Shown here: piece by piece, positions 41,374 through 54,277 of the stretch
How the letters are laid out: every line of letters starts with the position of its first letter
How positions within the stretch are numbered: position 1 is the stretch's first letter
From: Octopus vulgaris
Lineage: Eukaryota
Assembly (NCBI GenBank): GCA_951406725.2
Contig: OX597829.1
Coordinates: 26,412,001-26,476,000, forward strand
DNA: 64,000 bases
Reading direction: 5' to 3'
Notes under the pieces: model-generated
The model's database searches: none
Seen by the model: only the letters and a program-made list of their open reading frames with translations
What the model was told of the DNA's origin: nothing
Made by a program: the position numbers and the translations under genes

Positions 41374-43455
41374 TTAGATGAGGAGGGGGGAGAGTTGAGA
41401 CCAAATGGCGTATAAGAGCGAAGAGAGAAGATTAATTCCTGTTCACGGCGCAAACGGGAATCCGGATGGCCTCTGTGTAAGGACAAACCGAACACAGATA
41501 GGTGTTGCAAGGAGTGACCGGTGGAGCGGAAATGGCGTGAGACCGGTGTGTCGTTCGCAAGGTGGATGTCACGAAGGTGTTCCGCGAACCGGTCAGCCAA
41601 GCGGCGTCCCGTTTGTCCGATGTACAAGGAATTGCAGAGAGAGCAAGAGATGCAATAGATAATATTGCTGGAGGTGCAGGTGAAGGAGTGGATGATGGGA
41701 TAGGGTCGATGGTGGGTGCTAGTGAGGCGGGTGGTGTTGGAGAGGTAAGGGCAAGTGCGGCAACGTGGGCGGGAGCAGGGGAACGAGCCGGGTTGGGAGG
41801 TAGGGTCAGGGAAGGAGCTATGGACCAAAAGGTCTCGAAGGTTGTGGGCTCGTTTGAAAGAGGGGAGGGGTCGGTTAGGGAAGAGGTGTGAAGTGGACGG
41901 GTCGGACTGGAGACGACGGAAAGCTCGAAGAATGGTGCGTTGGAGACGTAGGGTCGTGGGGTGGTAAGTGAGGGGAAAAGGGAGGCGGGAGACTACAGGG
42001 CGGGTTCGGGGAGAGAGAGCAGATACACGGTCCACGGACCGTGCTCTGGCAAGGGCGGTGTGGATAGTGGTGAGGGGGTATCCACGTAGGGTGAAGTGGT
42101 GAGCCATACGTTGAGACCGAGTCTCAAAGTCATGGTCGTCACTACAGAGCCTACGTAGACGGAGGAATTGGGAATAGGGGATGGAAAGCTTGGTGTGTTC
42201 TGGGTGGGAGGAAGAGAAGTTGAGGTATGAGTGTGAGTTTGTGTGTTTGTAGTGAATGGAGGTGGTAAGAGTGGAGTCAAGAATGCTAACCGAAATGTCG
42301 AGGAAGGAGACAGAGGTGTTGGAGATAGTGGAAGTGAAGTGGAGGGCTGGATGGAAAGATTGGACGAAAGAGAGGAAGGAATCTAGATGTTCGCGGGAGA
42401 GTGAGGTGGCACCGATAATGTCGTCAATATAACGACCATATAGTTCAGGAGTGGGACCAGTGAAAGTAGAGAATATTTGGGCCTCAACATAGCCAACGAA
42501 CAGGTTCGCATAGTTGGGGCCCATTCGCGTTCCCATGGCCACTCCCGAGACCTGATGGTAGAACTCGCCCGCGAACGAGAAGCAGTTCAGAGTAAGGACA
42601 AGTTCGGCCAGACGAATGAGTGTGGAGGTGTCAGGTACAGGGTTAGAGCGGAGGTCAAGAAAGTGTCGAAGGGCCTGCAGTCCTTCGTGGTGAGGGATAA
42701 CAGTATAGAGGCTTTGGATGTCCATAGTAAAAGGATTTGGGAGGAGCCGGGAGGAAAGGAGAAAGAGTTGAAAAGCCGGAGAGCATGGTTGGTATCGTGG
42801 ATGTGGGAGGGAAGAGATGCCACTAGGGGGGCAAGGACACGGTCGAGGTATTTAGAGATGAGCTCCGTGGGGCAGTTACAGGCGGAGACGATGGGGCGGC
42901 CAGGGTTGTTGGGTTTGTGGATTTTGGGGAGGAAGTAAATGGTGGGGGTACGTGGGGTTCGCACAATTAGGTTGGATGCGGTGCGGGGGAGACGGGAGGA
43001 CGAGATGAGGTCTTGGACAGTAGAGGATACCGTCTGTTGGTAGCTACGTGTGGGGTTAGAGGGCAGAGGGGAATAGAAGGAGGTGTCATTGAGTTGGCGG
43101 AAAGCCTCGGCCCTATAGAGGTCCGCGCGCCACACCACTACAGCTCCACCCTTGTCAGCCGGTTTGATGATAATGTCAGCGCGCCGTTGGAGGGAACGAA
43201 GAGCCAAGAGCTCAGCCGGGGAGATGTTGAGGCGGCGTTGGCGCCTGGAGAAGTTGAACCGCTCCAATGCACGCTGACAAGCGCCCGCGAAAAGATCCAC
43301 TGCTAGGATCTGGCCAGGGGCAGGCGTCCACGGGGATGGTCGGCGGCCCAGGCCAGTGAAGCAGTCGTCCTCTTCGTTGGGTGTGGGTGGCGAGTCGTGG
43401 TAATGCGCACCCAACCGGACACGGCGCACAAAGCTGTGGACATCAACTCGCGTCT

Positions 43456-43457
<2 letters not shown>
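41374..43457 (-). CDS. PLE reverse transcriptase / GIY-YIG endonuclease polyprotein; 5'-truncated, frameshift at about 42730 and probably another at about 41385
   Basis: [71 protein letters not shown] linker, [44 protein letters not shown]. Confidence 0.92.
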
Positions 43458-43506
<49 letters not shown>

Positions 43507-43660
43507 CCCCAGCATGGCCACAGCTCATTAGCTGAAACTGGAAAAATCAAAATCAAATCATATGTATATGTATGTATGTATGAATGTATGTATGTATGTA
43601 TGTATGTATGAATGTGTGTATGAATGTATGTATGTATGAATGTATGTATGCATGTATGTG

Positions 43661-43711
<51 letters not shown>

Positions 43712-43859
43712 ATACATATATATACACATATTCATATATACATAACTGCATATATATACATATGCATATATACATGTATGTATATGTATATATATATCTG
43801 TAAGCATGTATATGTATGTATATATATATGTGTGTATATATATTTACGGTATATATATA

Positions 43860-44262
43860 TACCGTAAATCCTTGAGTACAATCCGCACTTTTTCCAAAAA
43901 TTTAAAGGTCAAAATCCCTAGTGCGTACTATATACGAGGTTAAAAATGAAAAATATTTTCTAAGCAATGTCCGAATGCGGTAGTGTTTATTCAGACGCAT
44001 TTTGTGATGTCAGGCGCGAAAATACCTTAAGCTAAGCCTGAAAGCATTGAAGTCATAAAAGAATCATCCTAACTTGCAGTAAGAAACATTTATTAAAATA
44101 ACAGTATTCAGAACACAGAATAACATGTAACAAAAATAATTTGCAAACATATTTACATTCCCATATAACAGTTAAGAACATCACCATTATTGTACTACGC
44201 ATGTGCGGAAGTGTTTGCTCGACTAGGTTCTGCTGGCTTAATTACGCACGACTCAAGTTAGA

Positions 44263-44270
<8 letters not shown>
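43860..44270 (+). mobile_element. Tc1/mariner superfamily (Tc2/pogo-like) end fragment
   Basis: TA|CCGTAAATCCTTGAGTACAATCCGCAC with internal inverted copy GTGCGTACTATATACGAGG; second end not found. Confidence 0.55.
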
Positions 44271-44324
<54 letters not shown>

Positions 44325-44326
<2 letters not shown>

Positions 44327-44560
44327 CACAAGAGAGAAGACTACACTGGTTTGTTTTTGTGATGCGTAAGGATGCATAAAAAAGTCCGGTTGCTTAAAGT
44401 GATGGAACTTGTGAAAGTGGGATATCCAGGTACATGGAAAGAAGTAATGAAAGTTGATCTTATGTTGCTGAGCTTTACGGATGATTGGATAATACCCTCG
44501 CTAGAGAAGACCCGTCCATCACAGAAAAAAACGAGGTCCTAAAAATATCTTTCTAATGCA
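44325..44560 (+). mobile_element. RTE-clade LINE C-terminal fragment
   Basis: LHKRED/RRLHWFVFVMR ... TWKEVMKVDLMLL ... LEKTRP pattern across frameshifts. Confidence 0.55.
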
Positions 44561-45477
44561 TGTAGATGCTGGGCCTTGCCCGTACACTCTACATTCTCCC
44601 CCGTCAATCGTGCCCCACACGTCAGACCTCTAACACTAATCCATCCATTATTCTTGTGTTCCTGGTGCTACCCAACTGCTGCAATCACTTGAGATCAGAA
44701 TCGGCACATATTACATCTCCTTTTGTGTGTGTGTGTGTGTGTGTGTGCTTCCATTTTCTCCCTTCACCTTTCCAGCTGGTACTATTTCCGTCCCTCATTA
44801 TCGTACTTTCCTACCCTATTTTCAACGAAACCCTCCTTTCTGTGCCTTTGGTTATCTTTCCGTTTCCTTTTCCCCACATCTTAACAGCTCTCATATCCCC
44901 ACCATCACACCCCACTCATTGCAGCCACCCTTATGTACCTCCACATCTCCCTTCCAATCACTTCTATACTTTGGGTGCAATCTCCCTACTATCTTCCTTC
45001 ACAAAGTACTTCTATGTTTCTCACTTTACCTCATCTCCGTACCAATATCAAATGCACTTCCACTTTCTTCATCAATAACTAAATCCACCTCTACTTCTAT
45101 TTCTAACCATCTGTCACTCTACACTTACATTCATATGAATCCACGCACTCTTACCATTCACTGATCTACAATTCGGAAGCTCTCTTATGCTCACATTCTT
45201 GGACCTTATGGGTGTGCTCAGGCACGCTATCACTACTAGTTTTATATTCTTCTCAGGCATTCCTACCCATCCTTATGTAATGCGGAGTAGCCATGTAGGT
45301 TTTCTGTTACAAGACACTCCTGTTTGTCCCTCTGTCATACTTTAGCCTTTTAACATCTGATATAAAGCCACTTCCAAATCTCGAATATTCCCTCCTATAG
45401 AGTTGAAAGATCATTTTCTTGTTCTTTTCTTCTCTTGCAAGTTACTTGACAATAGCATTAGGTAAGTAAAGAAAAAA

Positions 45478-45643
45478 AAGCACTCAGTATACACTGTAAA
45501 GTGGTCGATGTTAGGAAATGCATCCAGCGGTAGACACCATTGCCAAATAAGACATGGGATCCCAATGCAACCCTGCCGTTCACCGGGTCCTGTCAAAACA
45601 TCCTCCCCTTTCAAGCATGGAAAACAGGCGGTGAACGATAATG

Positions 45644-45645
<2 letters not shown>
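45478..45645 (+). mobile_element. RTE-type 3' tail / RTE-related SINE fragment
   Basis: GATGTTAGGAAATGCATCCAGCGGTAGA...AAGCATGGAAAACAGGCGGTGAACGATAATG. Confidence 0.5.
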
Positions 45646-45677
<32 letters not shown>

Positions 45678-45678
45678 G

Positions 45679-45716
<38 letters not shown>

Positions 45717-45810
45717 TTGATAGATATTGTATTAACATAAAATTTCGAGGATATTAATATTAATTTTAATATATATATATGTGTGTGGTGTGTGCGTGTG
45801 TATATATGTG

Positions 45811-45841
<31 letters not shown>

Positions 45842-45897
45842 ATATATATATATTATATATATATATACATATATATATTATATATATATATATATAC

Positions 45898-46012
<115 letters not shown>

Positions 46013-46194
46013 TGTGTGTACATGTGTGTGTGTGTGTGTGCTTGTGCGTGTGTACTTGTGTGTGTGTGTGCTTGTGCGTGTGTGTCAAGGTGTTCTGACT
46101 AAATTTGACAGTGTGCATAAAAGCAAAAGAAAACCTAATATTCCATCCAAAAATAAAAGTGTCTTAAAAACTTAAAAACAGCTATAGACTGGGA

Positions 46195-46580
46195 GATAAC
46201 GGTTTACCCTCAGTGTCCATCATGGTCTCACGGTGACTCCAGAACCTGACAGATGTGTTCCTCACTGTGTCCTTGGGAAGATCTTCAAACACTTCCTTGA
46301 TGTTGGCCACCAGCTCGACCCGGTGTTGCAGGCAGAGTGGTTGGTATTTTTTTCAATCGTTTCTTGCACATTTAAGTTAATTTATGGGATTATAATTAGA
46401 GGAGTTAGGAGGTTAGTAACCAGAGCTGGTGAAATCGTAGATATTCATCAAGAACCACCTTTGACTCTTTCTGGAGGTTTGGCAAGGAGCTGAATCCTGC
46501 TGCTAAACATATGGCCCTCCGGCAACAATCCTCTCTAGACAGTGATTGACTACTCTATCCACCAGTCTCATATAGCCATC
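46195..46580 (-). pseudogene. Tc1/mariner (maT/DD37D-like) transposase C-terminal remnant
   Basis: Minus translation QQDSAPCQTSRKSQRW...PPNSSNYNPIN..IEKNTN..CNT / ELVANIKEVFEDLPKDTVRN; corresponds to the QQDxAPxH and WPPNSPDxNP motifs. Confidence 0.78.
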
Positions 46581-46861
46581 TTACTGTACCTCTCCATTCG
46601 GCTATCTGAACCTCACAAGCTAGGTTTCTGTGAGAAGAATACAAATCTTTAAATTGTATGGAGCCGGCTCAAACGGTTTTAAATAACAACAACAACAACA
46701 AAAAACAACAACAACAACAATAATAATAATGACGATAATAATAATAATAATAATAGTAATAATAATAGTAGTAGTAATAATAATAGTAGTAGTAATAATA
46801 ATAGTAGTAGTAGTAATAATAATAATAATAATAATATAATAATAAATTAATTAATTAATTA

Positions 46862-47600
46862 AGTATTAGCAACGGAATCAGTATTAATAAGAAAATGTAA
46901 TCTTTAAATCCAACTTAGCATGAATATTTTATTAGAAAATCGAATATTGCGTTACTAGCCTTGAGAGATCTTGACATATAGGCACTTGTTGCACAAAAGC
47001 ATACACATAGATCGCAGCACCAGAATTCCAATATCACGTGATGTTATTCAACTGGAAAGCATCAGTGGGAGGCGTCTGATCACCGCATGAGTCAAATCTT
47101 GCTACTATGTAGAATATTAGTATCTTTTCAGACGCTGATGTCGTTAATAGCCAGTAGGTTTATTAAAAATTAATTACTAGTGACGGAAGTAGTATTAACA
47201 CCAAAAGGTAATTTTTATATCTAACTTAATATGGATGCCTTGTTAGAACACTGAATACTGCATTATTAACCTTGAGAGAACCTGTTGTATAGGCGCTTTA
47301 TGCATAAAAGCTATTAGCGACATCATTGTCTGAAAAGATGCCGATATATCGTAGTAGTGAAATTTGACTGACATTCGCTGACAGGACGCCTCCCACTGAT
47401 GATTTCCAGGAGAATGAAATCATGTGATACGGGAGTCCGACACTCATGACTGACGATTCTCGTCTGCTACGATCTATTTGTGAGCTTTTATGTACCAAAT
47501 ACCCATATGTGAGGATCTCTCAACGCTAATGACGCAGTACCCGGTGTTCTAAAAAGACATCCATGATAAGATATAAAGATTACCTTTTAGTAATAATACC
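46862..47600. repeat. Tandem (about 311 bp period) plus inverted repeat array with hammerhead motif
   Basis: Unit starts at about 46864 and repeats at about 47175; 47310-47600 is the reverse complement of about 46878-47150; hammerhead at 47390-47435(+). Confidence 0.78.
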
Positions 47601-47637
47601 AATATATATATATATGTGTGTGTGTATTTATGTGTCA

Positions 47638-47715
<78 letters not shown>

Positions 47716-47849
47716 AACCAAAGACAAGTCAAATAAATAAATACATAAATAAGCAAACAGCTCGATAAAAATATTTTTAGTGATAATTCGAATAATACTG
47801 GGAAGAAACATGCAAGTTATTACAAAACGCAATGTATATATATATATAT

Positions 47850-48060
47850 TGGTAGAAACGGTAAGATAACAAAAGAAAGAAAGAGACCTCAATATTATGT
47901 AAATAGAGGAAATTTATCTGTAAAATAATATGTGACAATTATTCAATAGTCAAGATAAAATTCTGAGTTTCGGATGCCGGGGTGGAAATCTACAATACCA
48001 TCTCTTCCGTTATCTGGCCATCTGAAAAACGCTATGAAAAACGACCGTTATACAAAAGGA
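47850..48060 (-). mobile_element. PLE-like pLTR fragment with degenerate hammerhead (47953-48015)
   Basis: Minus strand AGATAA-CGGAAGA-GATG...CATCc-GAAAC TCAGA ATT-TTATCT; abuts (TA)n. Confidence 0.5.
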
Positions 48061-48113
48061 AATTACTGTGTTATATATATTATATATATATACACAGAGA
48101 GAGCGGGGTGAGA

Positions 48114-48265
48114 GGTGTGCTGGCGTGGCTGTAACAAAAAGCTTGTTTCCCAACCACATAGTTCAGGTGTCAGTGTCACTGCTTGGCACCTTGGTCAAGT
48201 GCCTTCTACTGCGGTCTCAGGACGACCAAAGCCTTGTGAGTGGATTTGGTTGACGGGAACCGTCC
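48114..48265 (+). mobile_element. SINE family A, 5' half (a 3' half lies at about 48845-49075)
   Basis: GGCGTGGCTGTAAC...GGCACCTTGGTCAAGTGCCTTCTACT...GCCTTGTGAGTGGATTTGG. Confidence 0.75.
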
Positions 48266-48381
48266 TATGTGTGTATGTGTGCATGTGTACCTGTGTGCGT
48301 GTATGTCCTTGTGCATGTATGCGTGTGTATATATGTATGCAAATATATATATTATATATTAAATATATATATTATATATTA

Positions 48382-48446
<65 letters not shown>

Positions 48447-48449
<3 letters not shown>

Positions 48450-48502
48450 GAGGGCCTGATCAATAAGTATCCAGACTGTTGGCATAGTAACGAAGCTAAA
48501 GT
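48447..48502 (+). mobile_element. Mariner terminal inverted repeat fragment
   Basis: TA|CGAGGGCCTGATCAATAAGTATCC directly after (TA)n. Confidence 0.5.
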
Positions 48503-48933
48503 TAATCATCGTAGGATATGAATAAAGTGTTCCTGGAAATTTCTGTTTTTGTCTTAAGTTCGAATGGGTGGAATTCTTTAGTAATTAACCGGACTATACA
48601 TAGTTGTTGAAATTCTCGAAATGAACTGGTATGCTATTAAAACTACAAATGTCCAAACTTGACCCACAGACTTGAATTAATTTATTTTCATCACCGTCAA
48701 ATCCAAACGAAAATCTCTACGAAAGAATCATAAAGTATATGCATTGTTAAAATCATGTTTTATTGCATTTCTCTTTCATCAACACTTTGCTAGAACCTCG
48801 GAAGGCCTCAATTCTCTTTGTTCATCCAACCCGATACCGCTTCACGGCCGGTGTTGGTTTTTTGTCAGTTCACGTAAACTAGCGGTTCGGCAAAAGAAAC
48901 GAATAGAATAAGGACATAGTTGCAAAAAAAAAA

Positions 48934-48972
<39 letters not shown>

Positions 48973-49129
48973 AAAAAAAAACAAGATAAAAGTACCCGGC
49001 TCAATATATTTGACTGCACCCTTTATGACGGTACCCCAGTATGGCCACAGACCTATGCATGAAAAAGCAACAGAATATACAAGCAGCAACGAAGGTTGAA
49101 ATCCAGACAGGCATAAATTGTATGTGAGT

Positions 49130-49176
<47 letters not shown>

Positions 49177-50211
49177 CATATGCGCGTGTATATACGTGCG
49201 CGCGTGTGTATATATATATATATATATATATACACATACGCACATATATATGCATATATATATATATATCTACACATATATATATATGCGGATATATATA
49301 CATATATATCTTTGTACGTACACACGCGCGTGCGCGCACATTCACACACAAGCATATATTTATACATATAAATATATACTCGTAAATATACGTATTTAAA
49401 GGCATATATATACTTGTATATATAAAGAGAGTGACACATTCATAGACCCACACCATACATATATATGCATTGGTATGCGTACGCATACATACAATCATAT
49501 GTACATATATGTATGTATGTATATATATATACACATACATACATATACAAGCACAAAAGCACATACATAAAGGCAGACACACACACAAACATGTATACAT
49601 ACACACAAACTCATAAAAACCATATTTTGTAATGAGCTTTCGTGGCGACAGGGTGTATATAAAGTCTACACATTTTGAAAGTGTATCTAGTCATTAAGGG
49701 CTGTTTTTTCGCTTAGTTACGGGTATATATACGTCTGTAAGGGGTATAGTATCTTTTGTGTATAAAATTAGCTTCGGAGGGGGTCTAACTTCGGTATGTA
49801 TAAAGGGCTTGGAGAAATAGGAGGGACGTGGGTGGTACGTGGGTATGGCAGTCTGTGTGTCGTGTGTATGTATGTATATACATGCATGTATATATATATA
49901 GATATTTATGTATCTATGTATGTATGTATATGTATATATATACACACACACACACATATATATATAAGTATATATATATATATGTACGTGTATCTATATA
50001 TACATAAGTATATATATATTGTGTGTGTATATGTGAGTGTTCTTGTTCATAATATATATGTGTGTGAACATTTACATATTTATAGAAATATATTGACATT
50101 TATATACATACAACAATATGTATACACACACACATAGATACATTAAAACATAAAAATCTGGATATATATATAAATATGGATCCATATATGCATAAATATT
50201 TATATGTACGC

Positions 50212-50267
<56 letters not shown>

Positions 50268-50272
50268 ATGTG

Positions 50273-50322
<50 letters not shown>

Positions 50323-50385
50323 TATGTGTGTCAGTAAAGATTTACTTCTATATAAATATGTACACATGCATATACATATACTTTC

Positions 50386-50425
<40 letters not shown>

Positions 50426-50715
50426 GAGTATATGGATACAGATATGTGTATATGTTCATATATGAAGTATGTGAGTTGTAGTTGTATGCATGTGTATGTG
50501 ATCATGCGTGTATAGATAACCACATACACAAACAAAGCATAAACATCACACAAACACACATATATATTATGAATATTTAGCAGAATTAACACAGTGACTC
50601 AAGGTTTGACAAATGCCAACACACGAAAATCTCGGACCTTGAGTCACTCTGTTCAGCTAAATTTTAATAAAATATACATATACTCATATTTTGAATTTGA
50701 AATTTTCCTGTTTGC

Positions 50716-50770
<55 letters not shown>

Positions 50771-51134
50771 TACACATACACATTAAAGAATTTTAATACA
50801 AGATAGAAAGAACATGCTATATTCCAAATCACTACTATTGTTTCGGTGGATCAGTATCAGCTGGTAGCTGCTATATTTTACGCATATTACACGCATATGA
50901 TCCAATAACAGAAGTGTACCTCCACGTCTTCAGGTAAGTAGGTTCCAGAAGACTTCTAGAAGTGCAATTACCAACTGATACTGAGCACTCCAAAAATTGT
51001 TGTGATTTTGAATAACGCCTGTTCATTCCATCTTCTCGTATTAAAATTCCTTTATATAAGCTCTGCGGATATCCACGGATTTCCACGTATATCCAGTAAA
51101 ACGAGTCCCACTGTATGATAGAATAGTATGTATG

Positions 51135-51203
<69 letters not shown>

Positions 51204-51242
51204 CTATCTATCTATATGTACATATATGTATGTGTGTGTGTA

Positions 51243-51558
51243 TTGTTGTTTGTTCCTTCTCGATCCACGCCTGGCTCATAAGGGCCGGTTTTCCGGTTTC
51301 CTTGGCGTATAGGTTCCCCACCTGGACGGGACACCGGTCCGTCGCAGGTGAGCTGCAAGATGCAGGAAAAAAGAGTAAGAGAAAGTTGTGGCGAAAGAGT
51401 CAGCAGAAGTTCACCATTACCTTCTGCCGGAACCGTGTGGAGCCGTGTGGAGCCGCGTGGAGCTTAGGTGTTTCGCTCATAAACACACACATCGCTCGGT
51501 CTGAGATTCGAAGCCGCGATCTCTCGACTGCTCCAACCACTAGGCGATGTGCCTCCAC
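51243..51558 (-). mobile_element. tRNA-derived SINE family D
   Basis: Minus strand GTGGAGGCACATCGCCTAGTGGTTGGAGC...GGCTTCGAATCTC head; tail GGAAACCGGAAAACCGGCCCTTATGAGCC...GGAACAAACAACAA. Confidence 0.78.
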
Positions 51559-51610
<52 letters not shown>

Positions 51611-51995
51611 CCCATGTGCCTCCACGTGTGTGTATGTATATATATATGTGTATATATATATATACATATATAGTAAATGACGAAATGTATGATAAATAAA
51701 CAAAATATATAACGTATACTGAGTGTACAACCGGACGGGAGACAGACACAGAAGGTCCCTAATTCTTCATCAGTTATCGACCAATTGGTTTCGCACCATT
51801 GCGAAAATGAGTATTACCAATTGGTCGATAACTGATGAAAAATTATGGACCTTCCGTGTCCGTCTCCCGTCCGGTTGTACACTCAGTATACGTTATGTGG
51901 TTTCTTTATTTACCATGCGGTTTTTCATTTATTAAGTAAAGGAAGGTAACGCACACAACTGTATTAACAGTAAGTTATATATATATATATATATA

Positions 51996-52197
51996 CTCTT
52001 TTACTTATTTCAGTCATTTGACTGCGGCCATGCTGGAGCACCACCTTTAATCGAGCAACTCGAACCCGGGACTTATTCTTTTGTAAGCCCAGTACTTATT
52101 CTATCGGTCTCTTTTGCCGAACCGCTAAGTAACGGGGACATAAACACACCAGCATCGGTTGTCATGCAATGCTAGGGGGACAAACACAGACACACAA

Positions 52198-52240
<43 letters not shown>

Positions 52241-52382
52241 CATATATACGACGGGCTTCTTTCAGTTTCCGTCTACCAAATCCACTCACAAGGCTTTGGT
52301 CGGCCCGAGGCTATAGTAGAAGACACTTGCCCAAGGTGCCACGCAGTGAGACTGAACCCGGAACCACACAGCCACTCCTGCG

Positions 52383-52385
<3 letters not shown>
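51996..52385 (-). mobile_element. SINE family A, with a small deletion in the head
   Basis: Reverse complement of the 13239 copy. Confidence 0.9.
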
Positions 52386-52420
<35 letters not shown>

Positions 52421-52613
52421 TAATCCAAACAAGAAAACGCAGAAAAAAACACAGCAACGCGAGGACGTGGAACAATTATATATATATATATGTATGTATA
52501 TATATATATATGTATATGTATATATATGTATGTATGTATACATATATTTGTATACGCACGTGTTCATGTATATTCAGAAGTAAATGTTTATGCACAGAAA
52601 CACAATTATAACG

Positions 52614-52654
<41 letters not shown>

Positions 52655-52852
52655 TCTCACTTACACACGCACACACACACAAACGAACGAGGCGGACAAA
52701 TGGAAGAAATTGGCCAGCAACAAAATTTGATGGGAGATACATGTACTAATAAAAATTTCATTCGGTGTCTTTCTATGTGCGCGTGTATGTGCGTATTATA
52801 GTTTTAATATAGCTATGAGATTGTATAGGTGCAGAAGTGGATGTTTGTTAAT

Positions 52853-53470
52853 AGAAACGTGAGCACGCCGGGCGAGATGCTTAGCGGTATTTCGCCTGTC
52901 TTTTATGTTCTGAGTTCAAATTCCGCCGAGGCCGACCTTGCCTTTCATCCTTTCGGGGTCGATTAAATAGGTACCTATTTCTTTATTACCCACAAGGGGC
53001 TAAACACAGAGGGGACAAACAACGACAGACATAGGTATTAAGTCGATTACATCGACCCAGTGTGTAACTGGTACTATATTTATCGACCCCGAAAGGATGA
53101 AAGGCAAAGTCGACCTCGGCGGAATTTGAACTCACAACGTAACGCAGACGAAATACCGCTAAGCATTTCGCCCGGTGTGCTAACGTTTCTGCCAGCTCGC
53201 CGCTAACTTTAAATAAGTACCAGTTACGCACTGGGGTCGATATGGTCAACTTTGTTCGTTTGTCTCTCCTTGTTTGTCCCCTCTGTGTGTAGCCCCTTTT
53301 GGGCAGTAAAAAATAGGTATTTCGTCTGTCTTTATGTTCTGAGTTCAAATCCCGCCGAAGTCGACTTAGCCTTTCATCCTTTCGGGGTCAATGTAATCGA
53401 CTTAATCCCTTTGTCTGTCCTTGTTTGTCCCCTTCATGTTTAGCCCCTTGTGGGCAATAAAGAAATAAGA
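52853..53470. mobile_element. Nested and tandem SINE family B composite
   Basis: + copy from 52853 is interrupted at about 52975 by a full - copy (to about 53203), resumes at 53209, then a partial + tandem copy 53318-53468. Confidence 0.82.
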
Positions 53471-53992
53471 AGCTTGGTTCAGGGCTCAGTCCCACTGCGT
53501 GGCACCTTACGTGTTTTCATACGCTATTCACATATTTATGTATGTATCTATCCATCTATCTGTGTATATATATATATATTATATGTAGAAAAATACAAAC
53601 TGGGACAAGAACGTAAAACATTTAGAAGACGATACAAAAACACGGACGGGACATTCGAAGCCTTCAATCTTCAGTCAAGAACCGGATCATCCTAGCAATT
53701 TCGGCTGATTGCATGTATGTATATATACAGATAGATACATAAATGCATATATGGATACGAATATGTTTACATAGGCATATATATATATCTACACACTCAT
53801 ATGTGTGTGTGTGTGCGTTTGTGCCTATATGTGTGTATAAAGGAGACATCTTGCGTATGCTTGAAGTTGAACCGTAGATGTTCCCATGATGTTCTGGTAT
53901 TCTGATAAGTTAACTTTCTTTTTTTGTGTGCTTATTTATGAATATGGAATTATATTGTGAAATAGTCAACATGCATATTTTTACAAATACAC

Positions 53993-54210
53993 TTTACACT
54001 TTTACTTGTTTCAGTCATTTTGACTGCGGCCGTGCTGGAGCGCCGCCTTTAGTCGAGCAAATCGACCCCGGGACATATTCTGTGTAAGCCTAGTACTTAT
54101 TCTATCGGTCTCATTTGCCGAACCGTAGGTTACGGGGACGTAAACACACCAGCATCGGTTGTCAAGCGATGTTGGACACACACACACACACACAAACATA
54201 TGCGCACACA

Positions 54211-54277
<67 letters not shown>

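Larger units (their letters stand above)
40430..43457 (-). mobile_element. Penelope-like element (Neptune-like), 5'-truncated, inserted in (TA)n
   Basis: RT plus GIY-YIG ORF, C-rich tandem-repeat 3' UTR, pLTR with hammerhead; (TA)n directly flanks both ends. Confidence 0.95.

Noticed and set aside
42720-42740. Programmed ribosomal frameshift between the two PLE ORFs
   Set aside because: It falls inside a conserved RT motif and PLEs normally have one ORF; a single T deletion explains it
43458-43528. N-terminus [13 protein letters not shown] of the 313 aa ORF
   Set aside because: Derived from an unrelated LINE-type tail and (TA)n; the PLE is 5'-truncated at about 43457
53640-53710. CTGAAGA...GAAT on the minus strand as a hammerhead (also about 12990-13020)
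   Set aside because: No GAAA at the right spacing and no loop for stem II; the real motif probably lies beyond the truncation
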